Source: Phoronis australis (Eukaryota > Animalia > Phoronida). Taken from it: a stretch of DNA of 64,000 bases. A model generated the notes under the pieces. The model was not told the DNA's origin and made no database searches. It saw nothing but the letters and a program-made list of their open reading frames with translations. The stretch covers positions 1,533,439-1,597,438 of the forward strand of contig NMRA01000015.1 of NCBI GenBank assembly GCA_002633005.1, in the 5' to 3' direction. Below are positions 1-14,700 of this stretch, piece by piece. Numbering within the stretch: position 1 is the stretch's first letter; each line of letters opens with the position of its first letter. The position numbers and the translations under genes were made by a program.

Positions 1-2769
1 ACAGGGCTATACTTTCTACAAGCTGATCTAAATTTTAACCATGCAAAGGACAAATAACTCCAAGACACGACTTGTACATGAGTACTTCAGACTAGTTGAT
101 TTTTAGGATGAAATAACTGCTTCAGTATTGCTATAGACTAAAATACGCACATCTTGTTGCTGTCAATGGACCACGTGTTTTCTTCAACTGATAAACCAAA
201 ATTCTTGTCAATACAAAGAACTAATGCTGTGTTATAAAGTAATATTTCTATATTGTTCATTCTTTATAAAATTCCCTAACCCATCTGCACCAGTGGTCTC
301 ACAAAATAACCAGAAACAATAAAACTCATTTCTCCCAACCCTTTGAACTTGAACCTTAGACATCACCATGATAACATAAACAATTACACATGTTAAAAGA
401 ACAGGTGCTTAAAGTGAGATTGCATACGCTTTTCCATTCTCCAACATCAAAATAAGATAAATCAGTTTAACATGCCAAAACCTCACACATGGCCATACAG
501 ACATTCCACAGTTGTGAAAGAAATGTTTGTTTCGAAACTTTACGACAAACGCAAATTGAATGAAACAAAACTGGTCATTCAAATATGTTTCTAACACAAC
601 AGTCAATTGAGCAAGCATAGTTTTAATTAAATAGTGCTTTTCACATATAAGACACATATTAAAATTACAGCTGTTCTTAGCATACCAATGACAGTAAAAC
701 AAAAGTAAATCAATATTTCACTGGGTACCAACATGTTTTCTGATTCCAACTGAAACCCTCAACCAGCAGCATTGTATGCTTTTATAAAAAAGATCCAGTG
801 GATTTTGATACCTCAGCTCATCATGGAAACTCATGCTTAGTAGAAAGCAACATGGCCTTACATAGTTTTCCTCCTTTCACCAGCTTATTCATCACTAATG
901 CAGTGTCTAAACAACTATAATAACCAAATGAATAAGTTAATATCATATACATCCAAATTTCAGTTTTACCCTCAAAAGTCAAAACACAATCTTAAATGTT
1001 TAGAATTTACGAAGAAGAAAAGCTGTTACAATTTCTACTGAGTGACAAATGATGTCTGAAGACATGAAGCCATGTGGCAACTCAGCAAACATTGCTGTAC
1101 GAGACAGTCAATACATTGCTGCCCGAGACAGTCAACCATTTCCTTTGTGTAAGAATTTGCATCCGTGGACTGTGACATTAAAAATACTGACTAACTGTAG
1201 TACAGTTGTATGTAATATATAGTTGATGGAAATATATCTAAAAGAATACGTTGGGTTACAAATAAGATAAAACTCAACAACTAAACCCTTTTGCAATTGT
1301 GACAATTAAATGGTAACAAAGAGATTATGCAACTTTTCAAATGGCACCAGTTTAACAAGCAATGAAATCATTTTCACTTTCATTCAAACAAAAATAATTC
1401 TTTAGAAGAAGCAAAATAATGAAGACTACTAAAACGCATGGTGGTTATGAAAACAAAAATAACAATACATGCAAGTATACTACAATGACAGTTCAACTGT
1501 TCACAGCTAAAGCACAGACTACACTGCAAGAGCCGTTAAGAAATGACAAAATTCAAACCCACGCAATTCTCTAATTTCTTGGGAAAGTGATTCAATTTTA
1601 ATAACAATGTCCATAATAGTTCACAGTCGTTTTAAAGCAAAACAAAAATAAAAATAAAAACAACCAGTGAAAAATGTACAATAGCTGTCGCACAGAGAGA
1701 GCATCATGACTAAGAACATTATTTATAGAATCCAGGGTAATGACCAATTTACTGTGTGCTTCAGTCCTGGCCTCCATTAAAAACTTGCTTTTATGAGAAA
1801 CCCAGCATTCATCAATGACGTCACAACAAAAAACTATCTTGACCTACTTTCCTGCACAAGGTCACAAATGTGGGATACAACGGACTAGTATAGCAAACTT
1901 GATACTAAGTAATATCCACATACCTAATCTCCCGAGGTCTATTACGGACAGCTGCATACTGGAAACCCAGCTTCCAATAACTCTGTGTAATCTTATTACA
2001 CTCAGTGGCAAAGTAAGACTAAGTATCACACTACACTTATTATCACTATGAGTGTTAGAGAGTTTTGTTTGAAGTAGAGGAAAATTTAAAATATTATGCA
2101 TTTACAAGATGGTCACATGAAACCCAAAGCCTATAGTATTTTATTCTCACATGCGACCAACAGTCCTTAATTATGCGCAGCGTAATCTCTATTAGAAGTC
2201 TGCCACTATCCTATCGCTACTGAAATATCTACAACAAAATTAGTTAAGAAAACTGTGCTCAACTTCTCACAATGCTGCTACATTTCGTGACTTTCAAATA
2301 AAATGAGCTTAACGACACCCACAGAAAACTAAGGTCAATTCAACAATAACAAAATCATTGCAATTCATCTACTCAATTGCAACATCTTGGCAAATTGATT
2401 GCATTTTCTTGCTAAACTTCCTGAATCATTGTTTTTTTATCATTTTTATTGCCTTTGAATTGTTTGGAATAGAAACTAGACAAGATTGTTGAAGTTTGCA
2501 CAGTTTTAAAATTTGGTAAAAATTTGAGACACCTTTTTCAGAGAGGAGTGCTCAATCTATAATTCTTTCACCACAGCACCTATATGACATCATAACACGT
2601 ATTTGAAAATAACATGGTGTCATGGGTTGACAAAAAAGTATTCAAAAATATAATGTGATCATTGAAAACAAAAATGTGCAGTGAATAGTTACCTTGTTTG
2701 TTATTGCCAACATTTAAATGAACAAATGAACTTTACGCAGAGAAGAACTCACATAATTTTTTGCCTCAT

Positions 2770-5700
2770 CTAGTTAACGGACAAATCATTGAGACTTGAA
2801 ATCAGGCTATCCCCTGTAGACAAGGTAATCTGGCCAACAGGGGGCCAACTTATGTCCGACTCCAGTTCCATCGCGATCTGTTTGTACACTTTTTCAGATG
2901 ACTTGGATGGTCTTATTAATTTTGAGAAACTTCTTAGAAGCCAACTGTCTGATATGAACTCCTGCAACAGTGAAAACAGTTATTAAACTGCCACGTATGA
3001 GGATCAGTCAACGCTTTATCAATACTGAAAACACGTATGCACTTCTTAAATTTTTTGAAAAATGAATGACCAATTGAATGAATAAATTCAAGTAATTAAA
3101 AACATTTAAGGAATCATCAAATTCACAATAAAACATTGATATACTTAAACATGCCTATAAAGTTCCAAGTATTAAGAAGGCTTACACTCAACACTTAAAC
3201 CAACCCTTAAACGGATCACAAGGTTTTAGAAATTCGACGACAACCCCTACTGCCCTTTCAGAGACTTCTAACAGTCACACACCCTTAACCCAAACTCCCT
3301 TTCTTCCAGACCCCAAAATCCCACACCCTCCCTCCCTTGCCCTCTCCCTCAATTGGCCAACTTCTTTGACGTTATACTGGAAAAAAGTCACCACGTTATA
3401 AGTAAGAAGTATTAATCTTCCTACATACCATATGTTGGTCACGTCACATGAACTATAGATAAGTCTCAAAAGACCTCTGCCCCCCATTGGGCTCGAATTC
3501 TTACTTACAACAGGTTATGCATATGCACTCTCAAGTTGGTTAAAATAGCTCCTATTTAGTCCGATTGGAGTACTGTACTCAACTAGTGGCCCAATAGCTC
3601 AGTGGACTACAGGTCCTGCATGGTTAGAGGAAAGTCCCAGGTTCAAGCTCCAGTAGGAACAGAGATCTTACCAGACTAAACTATAGGCAATATGACCTGA
3701 CCATCATATGGTGTACAAGAAGGCTAATACATCTCACTGATACCATATCAGCACGTTGATTTATAACAGCACAGTTACAAAGATCACGTAAGTTATGTTT
3801 ACGTCTATTGTCCGTAAAACATTGTGGTTGTCCCTCTTATGACATCGCAAAACCATTAGAATGTTATAGAATAACTTCAAGTCTAACGTACCTCAATTAA
3901 GATGGAGATGAGAAGGTTACCACACACAACCAACAGAATGGTGACTTTGAACAGTATTGCATCGTCATGAATGTAGATCATCTGCAGAAATAACAAGCAT
4001 GCCTTTTACACAGTCAATGTCAATGACATGATGTTGGTGGGGGTTACCACTCATCCAACTTAAGTACTTTCCACTTTAGTTGATGTGCAGCAAACATAAA
4101 CTAACACTAAGGAGCATTTTTCAAACTTCAGGAGAAGATTTTGAAGTAAATTTCATAAGTTTCAATTTATTTTTCCACATCACGTTCCACGATACAAGTA
4201 CATTACAACCTCGCTGAAAAGTCACCAGCTGCTGACTGATCATCTGGCAGAAACGAGATTATCAGCAAAGACAAACTAGTAAAAAATATGCACTTTTCAC
4301 TCTCAGACGCCAATCCATCATTGTCACCTTGAGTCAATGATGCTCAGTGTAAACCATTAAATCATGTCCTCACTGCCATGTCATGCCAAAACTGGTTGGC
4401 ACAACCATTAATGACAACTGATGATGAAGCAATATTAGTGAATATGGTACGTATGAGTGGCTAAAGAGGGTGCTATAAACATTCGATGTTCAAACTGGTT
4501 ATGGTGTCTATGGCTTCTAAGATATGCAAAATTTTGAAGCAAAATTTCCAGGCTAATTTTCAAATAATTATTGTTATTTTCATGCTATTTCCTTCTGGGG
4601 TTTCACCATAAATACAAAGCTAGACACAAGGACTAACACAAACACAAACACAAAGAAATGGTGTTTCTGTGAGATCATAGTCATGACAAGACGGAAGTAA
4701 TTTTCACTTACTTCTAGGAAATCCCGAAGAAACTTGAAAGGATACATCCACAAAAATGTTGTGAGAAGCGTGAGGATGATTAGAGATAATGTGAAGGGAA
4801 CTGTAAAGTAAAAAATAACAACGTTAATTCTAACAAGGTTAAAGTGATGTTATTGGCGAGAAAAGTGGTTTTCTGAGATCAACCTCAGCAAGGAATCAAA
4901 CCTGGAACCAGCAGTCTAATGTTCTTCTGGTGTAGCTAAGACCCACTTGATAATGACAGTTGAGAAAGTTCAAGCATATTTAACTGGTAAACTTTCTAGC
5001 CTTGATTTCAACGAATGTCTGGCAAGAATTATCAATTAGTAATAAGATCACATAAACACCAAGTATTTGTTGTTTTATAGCTCTGATCAAAGCTAATAAC
5101 TCCAAGATGTCTGTCACATCCAGTAACAATCAAAAATGCATTTTCGGCCATAAAACTGACAAAACAATCATGAGTTTCACAAAACAAAAGTGAAAATTGT
5201 AATGGCATTTTTAAGGTCACACACATAACAAAAGACTATGAACAGATGGTCACATGGCCATTCACAGCACACTTTACATGTTAACACTTTAAGTGTGGTA
5301 AAAGTCTCACTCAAAGTGACACGATGAGGCGAAAAAATGAAAGTTCATTTGTCTTATTTGCCACCAAAAATAAATATAGAAAAGCTTGGCTCACTCCACA
5401 GTCAGCATCAGATATACTATACAACTAAATAATTTGGCAAAATTTGATAAAACCATTGAAAAACTTAATAATTGAGCTGATAGATCTACTCTAATTGTAC
5501 AGCAATATTGCAAGTGAAATGCAGTTGATTTCTGACTCACCATTGGTCCAAATGTGCTTTCTGTACGGAGGACCTTTAGAGAAGCAGACGGCACAGATGA
5601 GATACTGGAAGGCTGAGTAGCAGAAGAGAAGTGTTCCTTCAAAGCACACGGTTGTTTTGACGACGTTGAAGGATGACACATGGGGTAAAAACCTACAGCA

Positions 5701-8700
5701 AAAACGTGAAGGTTCAAGGAGGGACTACGTGTTGTTACTATGGTAATCTTGCTTATGAAAATTGTTGTAGCAATAGGTTGCAGATTTATTAAGCAAGTTT
5801 TTCTGAAATCAAGAATGGTAAAATAGTGAAATCATTTTAACTCGGTTTAGTACAGAAAAATTAGTGAGAAAATTTTCGGAAAAATATTCTCACGAACGTT
5901 ACTTAATTCCGAACTGAACTAAAACGTTTTGTAGGTAAAACAAGGGCTTGACTTGCCACAAAATGAGGTTTACTTTGGATGTGGGGCAACTGTGGAAAAC
6001 TGGAAGACCTAACTCCATTATTTCAGAACTCAAATTATTTCATTTAACAAACCCAGCAATAAACCAACAAAACACACGTCCCAACCTGTTCCTGGAGACA
6101 ACCAGCTTTAGAGCAAACATTGATTAGTTAGGTTATATGTTGATCAAGCATGGATATATTAAGCTTATGCAGCAGAAATAGTGTCTACGCTTATACCCAT
6201 AATTGAATTAACCAATTTCACCGACTAATCACTTCATTGGCAGCCACTTTACAGGAAAATGCCAATGGCTTCCTCATGAAACACTTGACTTTCACTCAAA
6301 TGACCTTGTGAGATCCCGCCAACATTGCAACACAGCTGGGATACACATTCATAACTCACCACGGCTGATCACGGACATATACAAAGACACCCACTTGACA
6401 CATCAGTTGAACCAAGATTTGTACCACAATGGAGAACAACACAGGCAGCGACAGCAGATGACCCAAAGGGGGTTGTGCTACCAAGGTGTTATAGGCAGCT
6501 GTGTGGCCCACTGTAATAGACAAAGGACTATCTGATAAGCAATGACAAAAAGTAACCTAGGGGTCTGCTACCAATTTGTTGCAAGAAGCTGTGTGGACAC
6601 TGTAATAGACAGGGGACTAGGGTAAACAATCACAGATCATGTAGGGGATGGTTTGTTACCCAGCTGCAGTAGACAACCGTGTGTCCTACTGCAATAGATA
6701 GGGTACTAGGGTAAGAACGACAGAAGATAATCAAGGGGATTATCTGCTATCAACTTGTTATTGGCAGGCGTATGGGCCACTCAAATAGACAAGGTACTAA
6801 GTAAACAATAACACGGAGTAAAAACTGGTTTAAGAAGTTATATGACTTAGTCACCATCATAAAGATGAAACAGACATGCTGTTTTAACAGGAAAAAACAA
6901 ACTGTTCTACAGCAAATAGTGAAACCAGGTGCATCAGAAATGTTGCAGACGCATAATTATCTAACATTTAATTTACTGCAGAGCTGCCCTACGTTCGATA
7001 CCCTAAGGCGCCAGATATGGCCCAGTCTGGTGGAACTCAAGGTAAAACTGTGGGGCCCCGACAGCATCATTGCGGCGAACTGCAGACTTCGCCCAAAAGA
7101 CCAGACTGACTGTCTAAGCTACATGGCCGGGATCGCTGAAGAAGAATCTAACATTAATATACTTCCTATTGATTAACAGTGACTGAAACTTTACAAGAAC
7201 TTACTCAAAAATGCCACTGTTGTCGTGACAACCAGATCCAAGTATAAAAACTGTGTGTCACCAAGTTCTTGTTCAATCTGCAATAAAATAAGGTAATCGA
7301 AGAGAAATGAAACAAAACACTATTAACAATTCACGTACAACCAAGTTTTACACGATCAAGTTCCCATGACAATCTGAATCTCATAAGAGTAACGTTACAA
7401 GATGGAGAAATTTCTGTTTGAAGGTGAAAAAGGAGCACAGTCAATCTGATACCGTTTGTAGTGCACAAGGTCTGAGCAGGTCTCAAGACCAAGACTACTG
7501 CACAAAACAACTGAGTTTATTTTATGAAATATCTCCTATTGGTCATCAGGATCTTCACAGCAAAAGTTCCTTTCAAGAATATATAAAGAGACTTTTTTAT
7601 TTGGTACAATAATTTTCCACTTATTTTGCACAAAAATGATAGTCAAAATTGTCATTTTTCCGTCTTTGAAAAACTGATTTACATTATATACTGCAAATAA
7701 GGGAAATTTACCAAAAATTGTTTAAAGACGTCTTCACAACATAAGCCATGCTAGTATTAGCCTAAAATTGTGGAGAAATTTTGACAAAATAAAAGTTCAC
7801 TTGTCGGCCATATTGTGTGCTAAATAAATGAAGAAGTACCATAGTATATGGTGTACACATGTGACTACTGCAAACCACCGAGATGGTGTAAGGTAACTGA
7901 CCAGTAGTGACACCAAGTGGTCACTTACATTGTAGAGAATGATGACAGAGATGAATTGGATCATACTGTACAAAGCCATGTACTTGAACACTCCAAAAGA
8001 TGTGACTAGTGCAGCACGACCTTCTCTGAAAAATCAAGACATTAAAACATGAATTAAACAAGTTACTGATAATACCTGGTATGTTTTGCTGGTTGATTGA
8101 TGATGTCAGTTGCAAATTTTCACACAGAATGTGAACAAGAGCAACGCGGAGCGTTGATATGCACCCATCGTGTGCACTGCATATAGCACAGATACAAGGG
8201 ATGATTACTATTTCAAGCATTTCGAAAAAATGGAGCATTATGCTAGTAATCATAAAATAGCCTCTATGGGGTGCATAGCAAGTCAGCAACACTCTCCTCA
8301 ATAGGAACACACCTGCCAAGACAGGTGACACAATGGTAGTCAGATAGGTCCAAACGTCGTCATCTGTCGTCACGTTCACAGAAATACACTTGCCAAATTT
8401 CACTAGATCCAGAAACAGCTGCATCGGAAAAAAAGCAAACTGCCACTAGGGGGTGCCACGGTAGTCAAACTATTCAAAATCATCAACCATGCTCTTCCCA
8501 ACAGGAACAAATTTACCAGTTTTCTTAACAATTTTTGGAGTGTTTGGCCAATAGAGAGATTGTCGTCAAAAACAAACTAAAACATATTAAAAAAATTGCT
8601 ACTAGGAGGCGTACACTATGTCAAATCCATCTGAAAACGAAAAGTTGTCATCGTCATCACATCGTTAATAGACACCTATATAAAAAATTGCCACGGGGGG

Positions 8701-11700
8701 GGGGTTTACAGGTACTAGATTCGTACAAACAACGTCATCATCTATTTTCACCTTCACACAAATACACATACCAAATTAACACAGATCCTGTAGAGCCACT
8801 GACGCTAAGAAAACAAAACTGTCACTAGGAGGCGCCACAGTAGCCAGAGCTGTTCAAAAATCATCATCAGCCATCTTCTTCCCAGAAAGAACATACGTCA
8901 ATTTAGACAATAATCCTAGGAGTGGTTTGGCTGACAGAGAGGCAGACACCAAAAACAGATCAAAAATAATAAAAACAGCCACTTGGTGACGTGCACTACG
9001 TCAAATCTATCTGAAGACGAAAACATGCCATCCCCTCTCTAATCAAAATCTATTTGCCAAATTTCATAAGAATCCATCCAAGAACTCCAAAGATGCAGAG
9101 AATAATGAAAAAAAATACAATTGCAACAAGGGAGCACAGTGGTAGTTGGATCTGACCAAAAGTCGTCGTCACCAGTTGTCATCTTCACAAAAATACAATT
9201 GGCAAATTTAGCAAGATCTCGTGCTTTGATCATGCTAAACTCAAGACTTCCAACACAACCATGTTGACAAGTCTACCATTTTAATGCTCACTGTTGTTTC
9301 TGTTCACTGGCTTCAATTTTCAGTGCAACCTTATTTATGCTAAAACGTCTCCAGATTGGGGCATTTTCTAAAATATGGGATATCAAAACTGGGGCCGAAA
9401 TTAAAATTCTTTGATTCGGAAGTTTGGGACATGGGCGATTTTAGCATTCATTATGTTTCTCAAAATATTGGGCACTGGGTTTTGTATCAACATGATTGTT
9501 TGTCACAGACCATAATTCTTGAATTTGGGATGACCAATACTGCATGTTGCTAAAATTTATTACAAACCCAGACCTTGCACAAAGTAATTAAATTTTCAAT
9601 GTCTCAAACTCGAGAATTTTTACCATATCTACCACAGTCAAACAACAATCGATTGCCTACCAAGAAGATAATTATATTAGGTTGTAAGCCTGCGTACTAA
9701 CACGCCCCCTGTTGGCTATGCTTCTAGTAAAGCAGTAACTTACCTGACAACAGTAGGAACACACTGTATGTTGGGTGTCTTGGACGTGAACGGAGATGCA
9801 ACGGATGCCTCAGCCTCTGACAGAGAGATGCCAGCATGAGCTGTCTTCAGAGCCTGTGGTGAAGTCAGCACAATTCTCAATAACATACATTACATGGAGA
9901 CAAAGGTTGAACAGAATGGATGCCAGCATGAGCTGTCTTCAGAGCCTGTGGTGAAGTCAGCACAATTCTCAATAACATACATTACATGGAGACAAAGGTT
10001 GAACAGAATGGATGGCATGATTCAATAGAGATAGTTTTGTTCAGAACATGTTGAAACTAGGGACTATTTTATTGACACTTACTGCTAATACTTTCACCAC
10101 ATCCACAAGCACAGTGCTCTCAGTACAGTGTGCACACTTATCTTCACAGCACACTTCACGTGCGTACTCATCAATACAGCTGTATCACTTATCCAACACT
10201 TCAAATCATACATTCCTCAAAACACAGTTCTAGACATCATTTTAGGAAAAATGACCCAATATAACCGTTTAGCTAATGGCAAATGACTCATTAAGCTAAC
10301 ATCTGCATTCTTATGGTATTACGCATTCCAGTTGAACACAGATATTGTTGTGAAACAACTGATAAAAACTAATGTGCATATAATCGAAACAGAACATCAG
10401 TTTCATTGATAGGGGTACTCGGAACACAGCGAAAACATATTGAACAATTGATTTGCGCGAATGAATAAAAAATGCAATCATGTAAGGACCACCCACAAAT
10501 GCAGGTACTCTAAACTGACCCGAATATTTGACCCACATCGACATTTTATTCTAAAATGAACACCAGACTTTGTACCCATACCAACATTACTCCAAATGCA
10601 CTTAACCCAGTCATTAGCCCTGTTCCCACACTTAACCCAGTCATTAGCCCTGTTCCCACACTTAACCCAGTCATTAGCCCTGTTCCCACACTTAACCCAC
10701 AGTCACTAGCCCTGTCCCCACACTTAACCCANNNNNNNNNNNNNNNNNNNNNNNNNNNNNNNNNNNNNNNNNNNNNNNNNNNNNNNNNNNNNNNNNNNNN
10801 NNNNNNNNNNNNNNNNNNNNNNNNNNNNNNNNNNNNNNNNNNNNNNNNNNNNNNNNNNNNNNNNNNNNNNNNNNNNNNNNNNNNNNNNNNNNNNNNNNNN
10901 NNNNNNNNNNNNNNNNNNNNNNNNNNNNNNNNNNNNNNNNNNNNNNNNNNNNNNNNNNNNNNNNNNNNNNNNNNNNNNNNNNNNNNNNNNNNNNNNNNNN
11001 NNNNNNNNNNNNNNNNNNNNNNNNNNNNNNNNNNNNNNNNNNNNNNNNNNNNNNNNNNNNNNNNNNNNNNNNNNNNNNNNNNNNNNNNNNNNNNNNNNNN
11101 NNNNNNNNNNNNNNNNNNNNNNNNNNNNNNNNNNNNNNNNNNNNNNNNNNNNNNNNNNNNNNNNNNNNNNNNNNNNNNNNNNNNNNNNNNNNNNNNNNNN
11201 NNNNNNNNNNNNNNNNNNNNNNNNNNNNNNNNNNNNNNNNNNNNNNNNNNNNNNNNNNNNNNNNNNNNNNNNNNNNNNNNNNNNNNNNNNNNNNNNNNNN
11301 NNNNNNNNNNNNNNNNNNNNNNNNNNNNNNNNNNNNNNNNNNNNNNNNNNNNNNNNNNNNNNNNNNNNNNNNNNCCCTGTCCCCACACTTAACCCAGTCA
11401 CTAGCCCTGTCCCCACACTTACCTCACAGTCACTAGCCCTGTCCCCACACTTAACCCACAGTCACTAGCCCTGACCCCACACTTAACCCACAGTCATTAG
11501 CCCTGTCCCCATACTTACCCCACAGTCATTAGCCCCGTCCCCACACATCCCCACAGTATAGTTCATTTCCTGTAGCTCTTCAACCAACTGAGACTTCTGA
11601 TCTGGCGACATTCTGGCAAAAACTGTACCGCGAACACACAGCTGCAAGGAACAACGAACACTCACTAGCTTTCAAAATAAGTGTGTGTTCAAATACCAGG

Positions 11701-14700
11701 CTTAGTACTAGTTAAGCTATTGGGTTGGGACACATACATATTTCTAAGACAAGCCATGCCTGATTCAATTTGACAGAAGAAATAATTCCAGAAAGTGATT
11801 TAACATCCCGGCTGGAGGGAAGCTATTTCGCAATTTTTTGGGGAATTAAACCATGATCTTAAACCTGTTTTATCAAGTTTGCAGATTTGCAGGTCTCGAA
11901 GTGTGCATAGACTTATTTTAAGATAATTGTTAACCTTTGGTGTTTTTTCCCACATTACAATATTAACATATTGCATAAAATAACACCTATATTTTTCACT
12001 GCTACTCAAAGCAATTCCTTAAATGTGTTATTTATGCACCAAGAGAGACCATTTCAATTGATTCCAATCATGTAACAAATCTTCATAAGAAATTTTCTCG
12101 TCTGCTGATTTTCGACTCTTTTATCAGTTTTGAACATCAATATCTCTTTAGTGCGAGGATCGAATCACTTGAAATTTTACACACCTACTTTATGGTCTAT
12201 GGTTGACGGAACGGCATCTTTGATTTTTGATCTTCCTTTGAACAACGGAGATATTGGTAGCCAAAAATGAAGGTAAAGTGTTTTTTAAAGAAGGACTTTG
12301 ATGGCTGATATCTCAGTTATTTGAGTATAACTCACAAATCTGTGTCACGGTTCCTAATATATTGACAACAAAAATATATAGTTCGAACACAAAGTTTCCC
12401 AAAAATTTTATGGGAAAAAATGAGATTTTCAATTGCTGAGGATTCAAAGAGTAATACTTTTACAACATGAAAAAAGATGACAAAATGCACAGGGACTTCA
12501 TGAAAGTTGGCAATTACGACAAAATGTGCAGGGACCTCATGAAAGTGGACAATTACGACAAAATGTACAAGGACTTCATGAAAGGTGACAATTACGACAA
12601 AATAATATGTAGGTGTTCTCTCACAACTGCCAAAGCGTCATCAGGGGGTACACAAGTAAACAAAGCACTCACATCATAGGAAGTAATGCTCTCATCTTCT
12701 TCCACCACTAGGTTTTCTATGTACTTAACGAATGACTGAGTGTTCTTAACATGGTGTTGAGACAGGCCAACCAGGGGCGAAATGATTCTCGAAATAAATT
12801 TAGCGATGTTGTAAGTGACAGAACCAATACAGCTTACGATCGGTCTAACCAGTATAGGTTCTGGTTTATGTAATTTGGGCAACCCATAGAAAGCTGGATG
12901 ATGTCAAAATTCTGGATAGAGAGGAAAATTGGTTCAGGAGAGGGGTCAAGGAATCAATTTACGAAAGAGTGAAGAATCATAGCTTAAATAGACAAGGGGA
13001 CCTGAGGTTTCTGTTGCCAAGAACATGGGATAGGGCACTAAAGAGTATCCCGCACAAACTGTGCTGTCGACCACATGATGAGTCACGTGACATCTCAGTG
13101 GCCTGCCGAAGTCCTCGAGGGGAGGACGTAACGTAGCCAACTCAATCTTAAGTGCAGTAATTGATTTAATTTTCTACAAACTCAACTGAATGACTGAAAG
13201 TATTCATAGCATTATTATACAGGGACTTCATGAAAGTTGTCAATTACCTTAAAACAAACAAAAAACTTTAAAGGAACTATTAGCGTGAGATTTAAATTCA
13301 AAATTTATGGAAAATTGAAAACTAAGATGTGCAACAACAATTAAGTATTTGATGAACTCACTTTCTGCATGAGTTCTGGAAAGTACCGTTTGACCACATC
13401 ATAAGATTTTCCATTGATGGCGAAGTGATAAGACGACCTCGGGTCTTCTATCATAACTGTCTGGTATGTCACCACGTCACACTCATTTCCAGTATCTGAG
13501 TCGCTGTCGTGGCCACTCTCGGCATACTCCCAGCTGATTTGTGCAGGATGATCACCATCAGGTGGCGCTGCGTTCACCATGATGACACGGTCCTTAGGTT
13601 GAATCATCCTACACTCCCTCGCCACACTCACAGCTGTCAACATGTTGTCTCCTGACAAACATTCATCAATCAGTCTATATCTAACACCAGAATGCATTCA
13701 CAATATTCAATGACTTACTGAGTTGTACACTACTACTAACTATACACATATCTAGGCTTGAAAAGAACTGAAACAAATTTTTACTGCTGAAGGTTGTCAT
13801 TTTTTCAGCCAAAAGTAATATTTCTGTTGGTTGAATGGGGCAAGTTAGTTCTAAGATCAAACACTAGATGGTGTTACTACAGTAACTAGTGAATTGCAGC
13901 TTCAGCTTGAAGAACAAGGATACCATCAGTACAGCAGTATTACTATTGCACAGCACTAACCAGTGACCATGACAGTACGTATGTCAGCCATCTGAAGTTG
14001 ATGTATAATGGATGTAGTCACAGGCTTCAATGTGTTCTGCATGATGAGGAAACCGAGGAACCTTAAGTCACACTCTATTTGGTCCCTGAGAAAATAAACA
14101 GACAACTTCATGGTAACCATATAACTACCCAGCACAGTCTACTTTGTGGCAACTTCTTCACATGCCTGTTTTCCAAGCTATCATGCAGAAAATACAAGGA
14201 TCGTGAGCACAAGGTGCTGCCTCCTGGTGTCCATAGTTGAAACTGCTGGGTCAGGAGATCTGACACCTTTATTCAAGATTTCAAAAACAGTGCAGAATGT
14301 ATATTGTGAATCAACAAAAAACAACACAACAATATACCCAACCTCATTCAAAATCTAATTCTTCTGTTTCTATTTTTAATTGCTCCAACCGTTATCAAAA
14401 CAACTTAAAATAATGTTACAATAGAGACACTGTTCAATACCTAGTGACACTAACCTATGGATCTTCTGTGCTTGATGCCATGCCAGTTTGGAGTCGAGAG
14501 GTTTCCAAGCCACAGCAATCACCCTGAGGCCTTGAAGTGTGTACCGGTGGAGAACCTCATGGAAGTCTTCTGGAACTGAAGACAGGAAACAGTTTCAATT
14601 TGCACAAAAGAGGTTGGGCAGGATTCAGCTCAAATCATGTTCAATAAATCAGATAAAAAGAAACAATAGCCTCTTGAAATAAAAAAACATTCATTATGGA

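Noticed and set aside
1-2769. Short ORFs downstream of the ATP13A stop
   Set aside because: AT-rich 3'UTR or intergenic sequence with no recognisable domains or splice pattern
3589-3660. Possible tRNA gene (likewise 61203-61280 and ~29020)
   Set aside because: Only A/B boxes are recognisable; acceptor and anticodon stems do not form, so these are treated as SINE relics
10546-11416. Long ORFs of 230-280 aa
   Set aside because: They run through the N gap and the minisatellite
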